From Candidatus Latescibacterota bacterium (lineage in GTDB: Bacteria; Latescibacterota; UBA2968; UBA8231), in the NCBI GenBank assembly GCA_963422735.1, contig OY730476.1, positions 3,200,001-3,264,000 on the forward strand: 64,000 bases of DNA. Direction: 5' to 3'. Each line of letters starts with the position of its first letter. Position 1 is the first letter of the stretch. Position numbers and translations under genes: made by a program. Under the pieces are notes generated by a model, which saw only the letters and a list, made by a program, of their open reading frames with translations, was not told the origin of the DNA and ran no database searches. Below are positions 9,322 to 19,066 of this stretch, piece by piece.

Positions 9322-10035
9322 ATGGACCTGTTTCTGATCCGCCACGGCGAATCCACCAACAACGCGCTAGCCGATGTTAGCCAGCGCGTCGCCGACCCCG
9401 AATTGACCGCGAACGGCCGAGCACAGGCCAAGCGGGTGGCCGCGTATATAGTAGAGGGGTTGCACCTCAACCCAGCCGAGCGTGCAGAGGGTCGGCCCTT
9501 TCTCGATCGGCTGTATTGCAGTCCCATGATCCGCGCCCTGCACACAGCGCAAGAAATCGGACAGGCAATGGAATCGAGATCGGAGATCTGGGTAGCTATT
9601 CACGAGATGGGCGGCATTTACCTCGACCACGGCGGGGAGCGGGGAGCCGTTGGCTATCCCGGCCTGATGCGGGCGGAAATTGCCGCGCGTTTTCCCACCA
9701 GCGTCGCGTCAGCAGAAGTCGGCGAAGACGGATGGTGGGACGTGGGTAGGGAAACGGATCAACAGGCCCAGCGTCGCGCTGTGGATGTAGCCACAGACTT
9801 GCTAGCGCGGGCGGGGGAAAAGACGCGCCTCGGACTCGTGACCCACGGCGGCTTTATGAGCCTGTTGCTGTCGGCCTTAGGTAACCAGGTACTGGACGAC
9901 GGCACCTATTACGAGCACGACAACACGGCCATCACTCGCGTCGCGCTCGCGCCCGGCACCACGGTCGTCAAATATATCAACCGTACCGAGCACCTACCCG
10001 ACGAGTTGCAGCGACTCCGGCATATAGGCACGTGA
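9322..10035 (+). CDS. Histidine phosphatase family protein
   Basis: LIRHGES, CSPMIRALHTA, LVTHGG and NTAIT motifs. Confidence 0.9.
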   Translation: MDLFLIRHGESTNNALADVSQRVADPELTANGRAQAKRVAAYIVEGLHLNPAERAEGRPFLDRLYCSPMIRALHTAQEIGQAMESRSEIWVAIHEMGGIYLDHGGERGAVGYPGLMRAEIAARFPTSVASAEVGEDGWWDVGRETDQQAQRRAVDVATDLLARAGEKTRLGLVTHGGFMSLLLSALGNQVLDDGTYYEHDNTAITRVALAPGTTVVKYINRTEHLPDELQRLRHIGT

Positions 10036-10048
10036 GGGGCGCACTGCG

Positions 10049-11428
10049 ATGGATCACGCCGCCCTGATAAGCGACCTCGGCACCTTCCTGCGCCCAGACC
10101 AACTGCTGACCTCGGCTGAGGATTGCAGCGTTTATGCATTCGACGGGACCGCCCTGCTGCATCAGCGACCCGCCTGCGTGGTGCTGCCGGAAAGCCGGGA
10201 TGAGGTCGCCCAACTCTTGGCCCGGTGCAACCAGCGAGGGGTGCCCGTGGTGGCGCGGGGTTCGGGAACGGGCTTGGCGGGAGGGTCGGTGCCAGCACCC
10301 GGCGCGGTGGTGCTTTGTCTGGTCCGGCTCAACCAGATACTAGAGCTAGACGCGGCTAATCTAGTCATGGTCGTCCAGCCGGGGGTCCTCACGCAGCAAA
10401 TCGCCGACGCAGCCCAAGCCGCCGGCCTGTTTTACCCCCCGGATCCTGGCTCGATCAAGATCTCGACTATCGGGGGCAATGTGGCTAACAATTCTGGGGG
10501 GCTGCGCGGGTTAAAATACGGCGTGACGCGCGACTACGTGATGGGGTTGGAGGTGGTCCTAGCCGACGGGCAGGTCTTGGAGACCGGCAACAAATGCGTC
10601 AAGGATGTAGCGGGGTTTGCGCTCAAGGATCTCTTCGTCGGCTCCGAGGGGATGCTGGGGGTCATTACCAAGATCGCGCTAAAACTGGTTCCAGCACCCG
10701 CGAGCAAGAAGACCTTGCTCGGCCTCTACGATGAGATGACGCAGGCGGCAGCTACGGTCTCGGCGATTATCGCGCACAAAATCATCCCCTGTACCCTCGA
10801 ATTCCTCGACCGCACTACCGTCGAGTGCGTGGAGGCCCACGCCGGCATTGGTCTGTCGACGGATTGCGAGGCCGTACTGCTGATGGAAGTAGATGGGCAT
10901 CCGGAGCAGGTCGCCGAGCAGGCCGCCCAGATCGAGGCCATTGCCCGCGAGGGTGGTGCCCGCTCGGTGCGGCTGGCCGCCTCAGAAGCAGAGGCCCAAC
11001 AGCTCGCCGCGGCCCGGCGCACGGCCTTTAGTGCGCTGGCGCGGCGGGCGCCGACGGTCGTTTTGGAGGATGTCACCGTGCCGCGCAGCGAGCTAAAGGC
11101 GATGGTCGCCTACGTGCAGGAAGTCGGCCAGCGGCACCAAGTGCGGGTGGGGACTTTCGGCCACTTCGGCGACGGCAACCTGCATCCCACCTTCCTGTGC
11201 GACGAGCGCGACACTGAGGAAATGGTCCGCGTCGAAAAGGCCATGGCCGAGGTTTTTGCCCACGCGGTGGAATTGGGCGGGACCATCACGGGCGAACACG
11301 GGGTCGGCTTGGCTAAAAAGCCCTATTTGCCCGGGCAAATAGGGCCGGTGGGGCTGGAAATTCTCAAGCGGGTCAAGACCGCCTTCGACCCCAAGGGCAT
11401 TCTAAACCCGGGGAACATGTTCGATTGA
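10049..11428 (+). CDS. glcD: Glycolate oxidase FAD subunit GlcD-like
   Basis: RGSGTGLAGG, YPPDP, GLKYGVT, GSEGMLG, GHFGDGNLHP, GEHGVG and LNPG motifs. Confidence 0.9.
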   Translation: MDHAALISDLGTFLRPDQLLTSAEDCSVYAFDGTALLHQRPACVVLPESRDEVAQLLARCNQRGVPVVARGSGTGLAGGSVPAPGAVVLCLVRLNQILELDAANLVMVVQPGVLTQQIADAAQAAGLFYPPDPGSIKISTIGGNVANNSGGLRGLKYGVTRDYVMGLEVVLADGQVLETGNKCVKDVAGFALKDLFVGSEGMLGVITKIALKLVPAPASKKTLLGLYDEMTQAAATVSAIIAHKIIPCTLEFLDRTTVECVEAHAGIGLSTDCEAVLLMEVDGHPEQVAEQAAQIEAIAREGGARSVRLAASEAEAQQLAAARRTAFSALARRAPTVVLEDVTVPRSELKAMVAYVQEVGQRHQVRVGTFGHFGDGNLHPTFLCDERDTEEMVRVEKAMAEVFAHAVELGGTITGEHGVGLAKKPYLPGQIGPVGLEILKRVKTAFDPKGILNPGNMFD

Positions 11429-12765
11429 ACGACGACGGCCTCAACCTACTTAGCGGTCTGGATTACTCCGCACTCCAACAGTGCATGCACTGCGGCCTCT
11501 GCCTGCCGACCTGTCCGACGTACGACGCAACCCTGCGCGAACGCTCTTCGCCGAGGGGGCGGATCGCCATGATGCGAGCCATCGCCGATGGCGAGCTAGA
11601 GGCGAGTACGACCTTTGCCGAAGAAATGTATTTCTGTCTCGGCTGCCTCGCCTGCCAGACCGCGTGTCCGGCCGGCGTGGATTACGCCGCGCTATTTGAA
11701 AATGCCCGCGCCGAAGTGGAGAGGCAGGGCTTGCTCAACGGCGCGGTGCGGAACTTTGTGCGCCGTTGGATTCTCGGCTGGCTTTTTGCCAAACAGACGC
11801 GCCTGAGGGCAGTGGCACGCTTGGTGCGCGCATTCCAGCGCAGCGGCCTGCAAACACTGGCGCGCCGCAGCGGGCTCCTCAGGTTGCTGCCCTTTGGTTT
11901 AGGGGACTTGGAACCGCTGGCACCGCAGATTTCCCCGCACTTTACCAACCAGTTGTATCGCCGAGGTTTGCAGCAGGCGAATCCGCCCGCACCGCGCTAC
12001 CGGGTCGCGCTGTTGGCCGGTTGCGTCCAAGACATATCCTTTTCCGAAGTAAACGCCGATACGATATGCGTCTTGCAGCACAACGGCTGCCAAGTGCTGC
12101 TGCCAGACGGACAGGCGTGTTGTGGCTCGCTACACGCGCACAACGGCGCGGTTGAACAGGCACGACAGCAGGCGCGGCTCAACATCGACGCCTTTGACGC
12201 TGAAAACTTGGACGCAATCGTCGTCAACGCCGGTGGCTGCGGCTTGCACTGTAAGCACTACGACCGCTTGCTGGCCGGCGACGCTACCTACGCGGAGCGG
12301 GCTGCCGCGTGGAGCGAAAAAGCAAAGGACGTACACGAGTTGCTCGCCGACATTGGCTTGCGCCGACCCCGCGCCGCAATGCCCCCACAACAGGTTGCAT
12401 ACCACGAGTCGTGTCACCTCAAGCACGGGCAGCGGGTTTCTACAGCCCCGCGCGAGGTGCTCCAAGCCGTGCCCAATTTGGAGATCGTGCCACTGTTAGA
12501 GGCCGACTGGTGCTGCGGTAGCGCCGGCATCTACAACATCACCCAGCCTGAGCTGTCTATGCAGCTACTCGACCGCAAGATGGCGCATGTGTGCGCGACC
12601 GACGCGACTGCCGTGGCCACGGGCAATACGGGATGCGCCATCCAGCTTCAGTACGGCGTTCGCCGCGCACAAGCGGCCGTGGACGTCGTCCACCCCGTGT
12701 CGCTTTTGGCCGCAGCTTATCGCGCTGAGAACCAAGGAGGAACGCAATGCAGCACTTTGGCCTAA
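11425..12765 (+). CDS. glcF: Glycolate oxidase Fe-S subunit GlcF-like
   Basis: CMHCGLCLPTCP and CLGCLACQTACP ferredoxin motifs plus two CCG domains. Overlaps the glcD stop. Confidence 0.9.
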   Translation: MNDDGLNLLSGLDYSALQQCMHCGLCLPTCPTYDATLRERSSPRGRIAMMRAIADGELEASTTFAEEMYFCLGCLACQTACPAGVDYAALFENARAEVERQGLLNGAVRNFVRRWILGWLFAKQTRLRAVARLVRAFQRSGLQTLARRSGLLRLLPFGLGDLEPLAPQISPHFTNQLYRRGLQQANPPAPRYRVALLAGCVQDISFSEVNADTICVLQHNGCQVLLPDGQACCGSLHAHNGAVEQARQQARLNIDAFDAENLDAIVVNAGGCGLHCKHYDRLLAGDATYAERAAAWSEKAKDVHELLADIGLRRPRAAMPPQQVAYHESCHLKHGQRVSTAPREVLQAVPNLEIVPLLEADWCCGSAGIYNITQPELSMQLLDRKMAHVCATDATAVATGNTGCAIQLQYGVRRAQAAVDVVHPVSLLAAAYRAENQGGTQCSTLA

Positions 12766-13091
12766 CCATTGAGTTGAAAGACGATCCCGAGCTGATCGCC
12801 CAGTACAAGGCATACCACGCCGATCCTTGGCCCGAGCCACTTCAGGGCTTAGGCGAGGTCGGCATCACCGACATGAAAATTTTTCTCTTGGGGCAGCGGA
12901 TGTTCATGTATATGACCGCGACCGACGAGTTCGATCCAGTCCGCGACTTCCCGCGCTACGTCGAGCAGAATCCCGAAGCGAAGAAATGGGACGAACTGAT
13001 GCGGACTTTTCAACAGCAGGTGCCCGAGGCCAAAGAGGGGGAGTGGTGGGCCAATATGGAACTCGTGTTTGACTTGCAATTGCACATCTGA
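12747..13091 (+). CDS. L-rhamnose mutarotase family protein
   Basis: LKDDPELIAQYKAYH..WPE, MFMYM and WWANMELVFDL motifs. Strong AAGGAGG RBS. Confidence 0.85.
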   Translation: MQHFGLTIELKDDPELIAQYKAYHADPWPEPLQGLGEVGITDMKIFLLGQRMFMYMTATDEFDPVRDFPRYVEQNPEAKKWDELMRTFQQQVPEAKEGEWWANMELVFDLQLHI

Positions 13092-13248
13092 GAGGCCATG
13101 AGGTAATCTGGAACATCATTTGGATATTTGTATATAAAGTATGCTGAATTTTACGCCGTTTCGGGCGAATTTCAAACTTCAGTCCGCCGATATCGAGCAG
13201 GACAACGTTAAGGGCGACAAGCGGTTTTTTCTGCCATGCACTGAGCAC

Positions 13249-13556
13249 CTACTTGGGACGAGGAGGCTAGGCGACTCGATATTCCGTTTAAGTATCGGCC
13301 CCTGACTGCACAGGAGGGAATCGCCTATGGTAAGAAGAATCAGCAGGAAGTCATTATCATCGAAGCTGTGGCGGAAATTCCCAAGCAGTTGGATAAGGCC
13401 CCTGACGCGCTAGCAGCTTTGATGGGTGAAAAACGCCAGAACGACAACGGACAGACCGTCTCCTTCCTCGAACACCACTTACGTCAATATACTCGGCGTA
13501 ACACGTCGGACTTCTTCATTCACAAGGATCTGAAGGGCTTCCTCCGGCGCGGATGA
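13249..13556 (+). pseudogene. Internal fragment of a type III-like site-specific DNA methyltransferase (Mod)
   Basis: Translation ...FKYRPL...YGKKNQ...LEHHLRQYTRRNTSDFFIHKDLKGFL resembles the N-terminal region of these MTases. No start and no catalytic domain. Confidence 0.7.
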
Positions 13557-13689
13557 GGTCTATGTCAACGGCGACTCCTTCATCCGCGAGGCGAAGGCAC
13601 TGGAGCCGGTGTTCAAGCGGTGGATGTTCGCGGGGCCACAGGCATGAGAAGGACTCACACGACGACACTAAGAATTGTAGGAACATACC

Positions 13690-13815
13690 ACGAGTGCGAG
13701 AATTGACATCCCCAAAGATGAGATCGCCGCCTTCTGTCGGCGCAATCACATCCGGCGCATGGCCCTATTCGGCTCGGCCCTGCGCGACGACTTCACGCCT
13801 GAGAGCGACGTGGAT
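13690..13815 (+). pseudogene. 5' fragment of a minimal nucleotidyltransferase (MNT/MntA antitoxin-like)
   Basis: Manual translation gives (ACG)[41 protein letters not shown], with the GS...DxD motif. The start reads ACG and the gene is truncated right after DVD. Confidence 0.8.
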
Positions 13816-13937
13816 TCACAAGCGATACGACGATGGCACTTGGGATAAGGCACGGATCGCCGACGCGCACATTCCGTTCGCTGAGCAGTACAATTACTAC
13901 AGACAGCATATCAAACTTCTGAACTAGGAGACCAGCT

Positions 13938-14696
13938 ATGAGCAGTAAAGGTCGGATCGCCGGTAAGGCGGCCATTGTAACGGGCGCAGCTTCGGGGATT
14001 GGGGAAGCCACCGCGCAAGTTCTGGCGCGCGAAGGTGCGTCCGTCTGCGTAGCGGATGTCAACGCCGACGGCGGCCAGCTAGTCGTCGATAAAATCAAGG
14101 CCGACGGCGGCGAGGCCATTTTCGTCCGCACCGATGTGGGCGCGTCCGCCGAGGTCGTTGAGATGTTTGAGCGCACTGAAGCAGCCTTTGGCCGCGTGGA
14201 CATCGTCCACAATAACGCGATATGGTTTCGCCACGGCCCGGCGACCGAGCTCGACGAAAAGGATTGGGACGGCACCTTAAATATCGGCCTGAAGGCGATT
14301 TTCCGCGCCGCCAAATACGGCATCCCGGTCATGCGTAAGACCGGGGGCGGGGTGATTATCAACACCGGCTCGGTGCATTCGCTGGTCAGCTTTGCCACGG
14401 CCACGGCCTACGACGCGGCCAAGGCCGGAGTTTTGGGCCTGACGCGGACTCTAGCCATTGACTACGGGCCAGACATCCGCGTCTGCGCCGTGCTGCCTGG
14501 GGCCATTCTGACGCCCTTGTGGAAGGGGGTCCCCGAACGGGAACAGCAGCGCTATGCCAATATGGTGCCGGCTCAGCGCTTGGGCACGGGCAAAGACATC
14601 GCCAACGCAGTGCTGTTTTTGGCCTCGGACGAGGCGTCCTTTATCACTGGAACCTCACTGACCGTAGATGGCGGGATGCTGGCGCGGACCGAGTAG
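13938..14696 (+). CDS. SDR family oxidoreductase
   Basis: TGAASGIG, NNA, YDAAK and VDGG motifs. Confidence 0.93.
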   Translation: MSSKGRIAGKAAIVTGAASGIGEATAQVLAREGASVCVADVNADGGQLVVDKIKADGGEAIFVRTDVGASAEVVEMFERTEAAFGRVDIVHNNAIWFRHGPATELDEKDWDGTLNIGLKAIFRAAKYGIPVMRKTGGGVIINTGSVHSLVSFATATAYDAAKAGVLGLTRTLAIDYGPDIRVCAVLPGAILTPLWKGVPEREQQRYANMVPAQRLGTGKDIANAVLFLASDEASFITGTSLTVDGGMLARTE

Positions 14697-15851
14697 ATGA
14701 CCAAGCCAGCAGTCAAACCGCAAAATCCTTGTTTTTCCTCTGGCCCTTGCGCCAAGCGGCCGGGATGGAATCTTGCGGCCCTAAAATACGCGGCCGTGGG
14801 GCGCTCACACCGCGCCGCAGTCGGACGGGCCAAGCTGCAGGAGGTCATCGAGCGGTCGCGCGCGCTGTTGGGCGTGCCGGCCGACCATCGCATTGGGGTG
14901 GTGCCGGGTTCGGATACGGGTGCCGTGGAGATGTGCCTGTGGTCCATGCTCGGGGCGCGTGGCGTCGATGTGCTGTCTTGGGAAAGCTTCAGCAAGGGGT
15001 GGGCAACGGACATCACCCAGCACTTGCAGCTAGAGGATGTGCGCGTCTTCGACGCTGATTTCGGGGAGCTACCCGACTTGTCCTTGATTGACTGCGACCG
15101 CGATGTGGTCTTTGCTTGGAACGGCACGACCTCCGGGGTGAAGGTGCCCGATGGCGAGTGGATTGCCGCCGACCGCGAGGGCCTGATCATCTGCGACGCG
15201 ACATCCGCGGTCTTCGCCGTGGACCTGCCCTGGGAAAAGCTCGACGTAGTTACGTACTCTTGGCAAAAGGCCATGGGTGGCGAGGCCGCGCACGGGATGC
15301 TCATCCTAAGCCCGCGTGCGGTTGAGCGGCTCCTAAGTTTCACGCCGCCTTGGCCCGTGCCCAAACTCTTCCGCATGACCCAAGGCGGCCAGCTCAACGG
15401 GGCACTGTTCAAGGGCGACACCATCAACACGCCCTCCCTGCTGTGCGTGGAAGACGCGCTCGACGGGCTGCGCTGGGCCGAGCGCCTCGGCGGCTTGCCC
15501 GAGCTAGTGCGGCGCACACAGTCCAACCTCGCGGTGCTAGAGCAGTGGGAAGCCGCAAGCGAGTGGATCGCGTTTTTGCCCGCACACCGAACGATTCGCT
15601 CTAGCACGTCGATTTGCCTGCGGATTGCCGATGCGTGGTTTACCAGTTTAACCGAGGACGCGCAGCGGGCAAAGATCAAAGCCCTCGTCGCTAGGCTAGA
15701 GGACGAGGGCGTAGCCTACGACATCAACGGCTACCGCGCCGCGCCCCCCGGCCTGCGGATCTGGGGAGGAGCGACGGTGGAAACCAGCGACGTCGAAGTG
15801 TTAGTCCCCTGGCTGGATTGGTCGTTTGCTCAGCTTAAGGGTGGAGGCTAG
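14697..15851 (+). CDS. serC: Phosphoserine aminotransferase (Methanosarcina/alphaproteobacterial type)
   Basis: [46 protein letters not shown] and GLRIWGG motifs. Confidence 0.92.
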   Translation: MTKPAVKPQNPCFSSGPCAKRPGWNLAALKYAAVGRSHRAAVGRAKLQEVIERSRALLGVPADHRIGVVPGSDTGAVEMCLWSMLGARGVDVLSWESFSKGWATDITQHLQLEDVRVFDADFGELPDLSLIDCDRDVVFAWNGTTSGVKVPDGEWIAADREGLIICDATSAVFAVDLPWEKLDVVTYSWQKAMGGEAAHGMLILSPRAVERLLSFTPPWPVPKLFRMTQGGQLNGALFKGDTINTPSLLCVEDALDGLRWAERLGGLPELVRRTQSNLAVLEQWEAASEWIAFLPAHRTIRSSTSICLRIADAWFTSLTEDAQRAKIKALVARLEDEGVAYDINGYRAAPPGLRIWGGATVETSDVEVLVPWLDWSFAQLKGGG

Positions 15852-17251
15852 CCCGCCTTTTCCTTATTACCTGCCTGCAATTTGTCTGCCGCCCCCACCG
15901 AACCAATGTGCAGCGTGTCGTACGCCTGTTGCGAAGTTTCGAACGGCCCCTCGTGCGTTTTCGAGCCATGCCATTGCAAATTGGTGTACATCGGGTTGGT
16001 CGCGCCCGTCTCGCGCTCGCGCTTGGCGATCCATGCCTCCATCCGCTCCTTTAAGGCAGCAACGATCCCCGGTTCTTTTTTAGCCAAGTTTTTCAACTCC
16101 AGCGGATCGGCAACCAAGTTGTAGAGCTCAACTTCGGGCTTGAAGTGGAAGTCTGGCTCTAGCGCGACGATCAGCTTCCACTCCGGGGTGCGCCAGCCGT
16201 GCTTGCGCATCCAAGTGCATTCCGTGATGTAAAAGTCCGAGTAGTTGGAGGCCCTTTGGCCCGCAATAAGCGGTAGCAGCGACTGGCCGTCGAATGCGAT
16301 GTCGGTGCGGATGTTGAGGAGCTTGAGCACGGTCGGCACCAAGTCTTGGTGCAGCGCGGTGCCCGCGATGTGCTTGCCAGCGGGCAGCTTGCCGGGCAGG
16401 CGGATGATCAGCGGCACATGCAGCGTGTTTTCGTAGAGGCCGTGGTGGTCGTACCAGCACTCGTGTTCGTATAGGGTTTCGCCGTGATCGCCGTTGATGA
16501 CGATCAAGGTATTGTCGCTCAAGCCCAGCTCTTCGACGCGGGTGAGGATGCGCTGAATGCAGGCGTCCATATAGGCGATGGCACCATCGTACTGGGCATC
16601 CACGTAGTGGCAGTCGCGCACCCCGGGCGGCATCCAATCAGCGAAGAAATCGCAGAAGGGCTTGAAGCTGAACACCGGCTCCATGCTCTTGTTTTTTGGG
16701 TCGAATTCGTTGCCGCTGTAAAACATCCGCTCAAAGGGAGCCGGCGGCAGATAGGGAGCGTGCGGATCCATGTGGCGCAAGAACAGGAAGAAGGGCTTCT
16801 TCGAGCGCGCGAGTCGTTCCAACTCGGGGATGGCGACTTGGTTGAGGTTTTCGGCCTTGGGGCTACGGCCTTCGGCAAAGGATCCCCAACTCGGGTAGTC
16901 CAAATAGCGGCTGAAACCGTGCGAACTGGGGTTGCCCGTGAATCCGACGCACGAGGTGTTGTAGCCGCTGTGGCGGAGGATCTCAGGCAGGCTGCGGATC
17001 TTTTTGGGCAGGCCACCGCGGTGGCGCAGGGCCACGACGCTAGTGCCGAAGCAATCGAGGCCGGTGAGCATGGAGGCGTAGGCCGAAGTCGTGGGAATGT
17101 GGGCCGAGTAATTCTTTTCAAAGAGCACGGCATCTGCGGCAAATCGGTCGATATGGGGCGTGGTCTGGCGGTGGTAGCCATAGCAGCTCATGTGATCGGC
17201 GCGCAGGCTGTCGATGCCAAAGATAATGACGTTGTTCTTTTTGACTGGCAT
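15848..17251 (-). CDS. Sulfatase-like / alkaline phosphatase superfamily hydrolase, with Thr at the nucleophile position
   Basis: [24 protein letters not shown] and ELYNL..DP.E motifs. [11 protein letters not shown] replaces the (C/S)xPxR signature. Confidence 0.8.
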   Translation of the reverse strand: MPVKKNNVIIFGIDSLRADHMSCYGYHRQTTPHIDRFAADAVLFEKNYSAHIPTTSAYASMLTGLDCFGTSVVALRHRGGLPKKIRSLPEILRHSGYNTSCVGFTGNPSSHGFSRYLDYPSWGSFAEGRSPKAENLNQVAIPELERLARSKKPFFLFLRHMDPHAPYLPPAPFERMFYSGNEFDPKNKSMEPVFSFKPFCDFFADWMPPGVRDCHYVDAQYDGAIAYMDACIQRILTRVEELGLSDNTLIVINGDHGETLYEHECWYDHHGLYENTLHVPLIIRLPGKLPAGKHIAGTALHQDLVPTVLKLLNIRTDIAFDGQSLLPLIAGQRASNYSDFYITECTWMRKHGWRTPEWKLIVALEPDFHFKPEVELYNLVADPLELKNLAKKEPGIVAALKERMEAWIAKRERETGATNPMYTNLQWHGSKTHEGPFETSQQAYDTLHIGSVGAADKLQAGNKEKAG

Positions 17252-17293
17252 TAGACCCTCTCGATTCGGAATAGGGATTGGGATATAGTCGGG

Positions 17294-17707
17294 CTATTTG
17301 AGAACCGCACCAGGCCATTGATCATCGCTGCCCGTCACGTCCACGGTAATGCCGTCTGGGTCTTCGACCTTGAAGGCCCCTTCGCAGATGTTGTGGACAT
17401 CAACCGGCTCTTTGCCTCCCAAACCATCGGAAAAAATTTCATAGCCCATGGCCAACAGGCGGCGGCCAGCCTCCGCGAGGTCGGGCACCCGTACGCCGAT
17501 GTGAAGGTAGTCGATCATGCCGCTGACGTGGGCCGGGCGGGCCGGGCCATTGTGCTGGAAGACGCGGAAGTTGTGGTGGCCGTCGCTGAGGTCGTAGCAG
17601 CTCCCGTGGGTCGAAACCACGGGCAGGCCGAGGCCGTCGCGCCAAAAGCGAATGGTCTTTTCGAGATCCGTGGCCCGGACGCCAATGTGGACGAGTACCG
17701 TACTCAT
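17294..17707 (-). CDS. VOC (glyoxalase-like) family protein
   Basis: HIGVRATDLEKTIRFW, HIGVRVPDL and DPDGITVD motifs. Confidence 0.85.
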   Translation of the reverse strand: MSTVLVHIGVRATDLEKTIRFWRDGLGLPVVSTHGSCYDLSDGHHNFRVFQHNGPARPAHVSGMIDYLHIGVRVPDLAEAGRRLLAMGYEIFSDGLGGKEPVDVHNICEGAFKVEDPDGITVDVTGSDDQWPGAVLK

Positions 17708-17939
17708 GGCTTTTCTCCTTTCTCGTAGGCTCGCAGCCGTTGTGCCATTAGTGTCCATAATGTAACAAACAAATCACCGCGTGGCACTACCGCGTTCGCC
17801 GGTCGGAATATTCTTTGTTTCATTGTATTTTAATGGAAATTTATTAAGCTGAAAAAGTTTTTTTATATCAATAAGTTATTGTTTTTTGGTCAGATGGAAA
17901 ACCCCCCGTAAAGGGGGGCGAAAAAAGGGGGTAAATTTC

Positions 17940-17968
17940 TTGACTTATACACAAATGTTTACTATCTT
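17940..17968 (+). promoter_or_regulatory. Sigma70-like promoter TTGACT-N17-TATCTT in an AT-rich intergenic region
   Basis: Hexamers and 17-bp spacing read directly, upstream of the small-ORF/ssb operon. Confidence 0.55.
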
Positions 17969-18054
17969 TTTGTGCAGGTAATCGAAATAAAAAAGGGCCT
18001 TTTTTATGTTGAAAAGCCGAACGCCAAGGACCTCATCGCAAGGAGCAAAACCAC

Positions 18055-18138
18055 ATGCGACGCGAGATCATCAGCCAGGGCCTGATGTACGCCCTCGTCA
18101 GCCTCTTCGTATTCGCGGTGATGCCGCTTCTCAACTAA
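18055..18138 (+). CDS. Small hydrophobic peptide, 27 aa (MRREIISQGLMYALVSLFVFAVMPLLN)
   Basis: AAGGAG RBS upstream and a single TM-like stretch. Below the ORF-track length cutoff. Confidence 0.55.
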   Translation: MRREIISQGLMYALVSLFVFAVMPLLN

Positions 18139-18166
18139 TAGCCGCTGACCATAGGAGAGCAGAACA

Positions 18167-18310
18167 ATGAACCCGATTTTTGCGTTTCACGCATTGCGCG
18201 AGTTGAGCAAAAACAAACGCGCCCAGCGCCAGGTGAGCCGGCTAGGCCCAATGTGTACAGGAGCGGTCTTCGTCGTCTGGAGCTTTCCCGTTTTCCGCTA
18301 TCTCATCTAG
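18167..18310 (+). CDS. Small protein, 47 aa, with a basic middle and hydrophobic C-terminus
   Basis: AGGAG RBS. Translation: [47 protein letters not shown]. Confidence 0.5.
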   Translation: MNPIFAFHALRELSKNKRAQRQVSRLGPMCTGAVFVVWSFPVFRYLI

Positions 18311-18332
18311 CCTTGCCCAAAAGGAGAAGATT

Positions 18333-18542
18333 ATGCCGCCTATCGCAAAAGATCGCATCGAACGCGCCGCGCGGATCTATGCTAGCAACCACGACGCCGG
18401 CTCGGCCTTGGGCATTGCCCCGGGCAGTTTCAGCCGCCTCTGTCGCCGCTATGGCATCGAGACGCCCCAAGCGCGCAAGCGCCGTCAGCGCAGCGAGTGG
18501 AAGCAGGATCATCTCAGCCTGCACAACCGAAAGGAGCAGTAA
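18333..18542 (+). CDS. Small Fis-like HTH DNA-binding protein, 69 aa
   Basis: [30 protein letters not shown] matches the HTH pattern A..LGI....RL.+YGI, followed by a basic tail. Confidence 0.65.
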   Translation: MPPIAKDRIERAARIYASNHDAGSALGIAPGSFSRLCRRYGIETPQARKRRQRSEWKQDHLSLHNRKEQ

Positions 18543-18543
18543 T

Positions 18544-18960
18544 ATGTCGAGTCTCAACAAGGTGTTACTCATCGGCAACTTAGGGTCTGATCCCGAGACG
18601 CGCTTTACTCCGAGCGGCGCTCAGGTTGCCAACTTCAGCTTGGCCACCAGTGAGTCGTGGAACGACAAGAAGGGGCAGCGCCAGGAGCGCACCGAATGGC
18701 ACCGCATCGTCTTGTGGCAGCGCCTCGCCGAAATCGCTGGTCAGTACCTAAAAAAGGGCAGCAAGATTTACATCGAGGGCAAGCTACAAACGCGCTCTTG
18801 GGAAGATCAGCAGGGCCAGAAGCGCCAGACCACCGAAGTCGTTGCCAACACCATGAAAATGCTCGGCGCAGAGCGCGCTGTCGAGGCCGCTGAGAGCAAC
18901 GGCCATGCACTCGCCGCCGCTCCTGCGGCTGGCCCCAACGGCGACGATCTGCCCTTTTAG
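18544..18960 (+). CDS. ssb: Single-stranded DNA-binding protein
   Basis: [41 protein letters not shown] and C-terminal DDLPF. Confidence 0.96.
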   Translation: MSSLNKVLLIGNLGSDPETRFTPSGAQVANFSLATSESWNDKKGQRQERTEWHRIVLWQRLAEIAGQYLKKGSKIYIEGKLQTRSWEDQQGQKRQTTEVVANTMKMLGAERAVEAAESNGHALAAAPAAGPNGDDLPF

Positions 18961-19012
18961 CCCCGGTTCCTCCGTTCCGCCGAGTTGACGCTCGGACGAG
19001 ATGTATTAGCTT

Positions 19013-19055
19013 GGTCGCGGTCCGCAAAGGATGCGCGGCCATTTTTTTATTTTTT
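19013..19055 (+). terminator. Probable intrinsic terminator after ssb
   Basis: GGTCGCGGTCC-GCAAA-GGATGCGCGGCC hairpin followed by a T-rich run. Confidence 0.6.
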
Positions 19056-19066
19056 GGAGGGAAACC

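Noticed and set aside
14573-15679. 368-aa antisense ORF, and similar long shadows such as 57692-58816, 52555-53430 and 42224-43024
   Set aside because: These lie antisense to well-supported genes, have no recognisable motifs, and are expected in GC-rich DNA.
18253-18543. N-terminally extended 235-aa SSB
   Set aside because: The extension overlaps two RBS-supported small ORFs in other frames. SSB has its own AAGGAG RBS and ATG at 18544.
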